DNA of 50,969 bases from Girardia tigrina (taxonomy: Eukaryota). The stretch is from assembly GCA_001938485.1 (NCBI GenBank), contig MQRK01220052.1, positions 1 to 50,969 on the forward strand. The letters are read 5' to 3'. Below the pieces are notes generated by a model. That model saw only the letters and a program-made list of their open reading frames with translations, ran no database searches and had not been told where the DNA came from. This document shows positions 49,700 through 50,969 of this stretch, piece after piece (the stretch's first letter is position 1; each line of letters opens with the position of its first letter). The translations under genes and the position numbers were made by a program.

Positions 49700-50100
49700 C
49701 GATGGAAAGTAAATTGAAAACTGTAAATCCTTATATTAGTGCGTGAAAATGTGTCTTTGACTCTTTGAGGAACTTAAAATGCGATGGTAAGTGAAACATA
49801 AGCATAAATGTAAGTCTGACAAAGCCAACACTATCAAGGTAACTGTTGACTTTCTTCGAAATACTGTTCCAGATTTCCTTGAATTTGAACATTGATCAGC
49901 AAAAAGTCCAGATATAAATGTGATGAATTAATATATTTAGAATTTATTTCGAACAAGGAGATAGAAAAATTACCACAAAAACACAATCGAAAAACTGAAA
50001 TTCATCTTTTTAAATCCCTAAAATAACATTATTTCAGTCACAATAAATACTTGAACAGCCGTTTGGACTCCTAGTCTTAACACGATGTCTTACAGTGCAA
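49700..50100 (+). mobile_element. Tc1/mariner transposase C-terminal relic
   Basis: TVDFLRNTVPDFLEFEH*SAKSPDINVMN (WPxxSPDLN motif). Confidence 0.65.
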
Positions 50101-50537
50101 TAAAATCCATTTTAAATAATGCGAATCATTATTTATGTTGGGGTTACTTTTGGTGAACATTAATTTTTGATATTTTTTAAAAATCATATTTATATTTTAG
50201 ATAAATTAAAAATAATGTTCGACTAATTAAAATGAAATAATCTTTAAATAAAAAAATTAAGTTTATAGATAATATTTTTTACTAATTAAAATAAATAAGA
50301 TTTTATAAAATATATATTTTATAGGTAACATTTCTATCTATTAAATTGAAATAAGTTTTGTAAAAATTTTAGAGTAATGATAATATTTTAATTAAGTTGA
50401 GACAATTTTTTATAAAAATTAAGTTTTAAAAATTCACAATTAAAATATCATTTTCGAAGTTAAAGAATATTGTAAAGAAGATTTTGATACATTTTGTAAT
50501 AATATTTAAAATTTTTAAATCTTAAATTTTATTTAAG

Positions 50538-50905
50538 ATTGAACGGAAACCCTGCCAGAAATAGAGTTTATGCTAAATAGCACAATTCAGGCAACCACAG
50601 GGATATCTCTAGCAGAAATAATTTTTGGTAGAAAACTAAGACATTGGTGGAAAAACCCCGATGGAAAAAGACCTGTCGAGAAGGAAATGAATAAAAGCAC
50701 GACACAGACGAAACGAGTATTCCAAATAGGAGATAAAGTGCTTATAAAGAAAGAAAACGTAACGAAGGATGAGGATCGATATATGGGCCCAGCCACAATA
50801 AAGAACCGACGACATGAAAGAAGTTACGAGATACAATTAGATGATTGCATAATATTGATCAGAAATGTGGAATGGCTAAAGCCATTTAAATCGAGGGGGA
50901 TGTGA
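50538..50905 (+). mobile_element. Gypsy integrase C-terminus with polypurine tract
   Basis: LPEIEFMLNST..AEIIFGRKLRHWW..FQIGDKVLIK..RYMGPA; paralogous to 27369-27689; PPT GAGGGGGA at 50893-50900. Confidence 0.9.
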
Positions 50906-50969
50906 GGAATATTTTAAATTTGGTATGTTGAAATTGGTTTGTTGAATTTTGTATGTTGAGTTTGGTATT
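50901..50969 (+). mobile_element. start of Gypsy 3' LTR
   Basis: TGTGAGGAATATTTT directly after the PPT; defines the LTR family scattered through the window. Confidence 0.85.

Overview
Very AT-rich eukaryotic (metazoan-type) genomic DNA with four N gaps. I recognise no intact host gene and no rRNA, tRNA or CRISPR. The window is a dense graveyard of decayed and nested transposons: hAT, MULE, Tc1/IS630, mariner, pogo/Tigger, piggyBac, Zator, Helitron-like, Penelope (with hammerhead-like motifs), Gypsy pol fragments with at least six LTR copies, and a probable Polinton end. Two things stand out. (1) Short GC-richer islands are made of mutated, intron-free N-terminal fragments of conserved host genes (RAB24 joined to ARFGEF/BIG, RAB18, HECTD1), suggesting a gene-fragment capture process. 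(2) A piggyBac transposase appears linked, through two small introns, to an upstream Ulp1/C48-like protease domain. All protein assignments are by-eye motif recognition without database searches. A flatworm-like host is only a guess from base composition and element mix.
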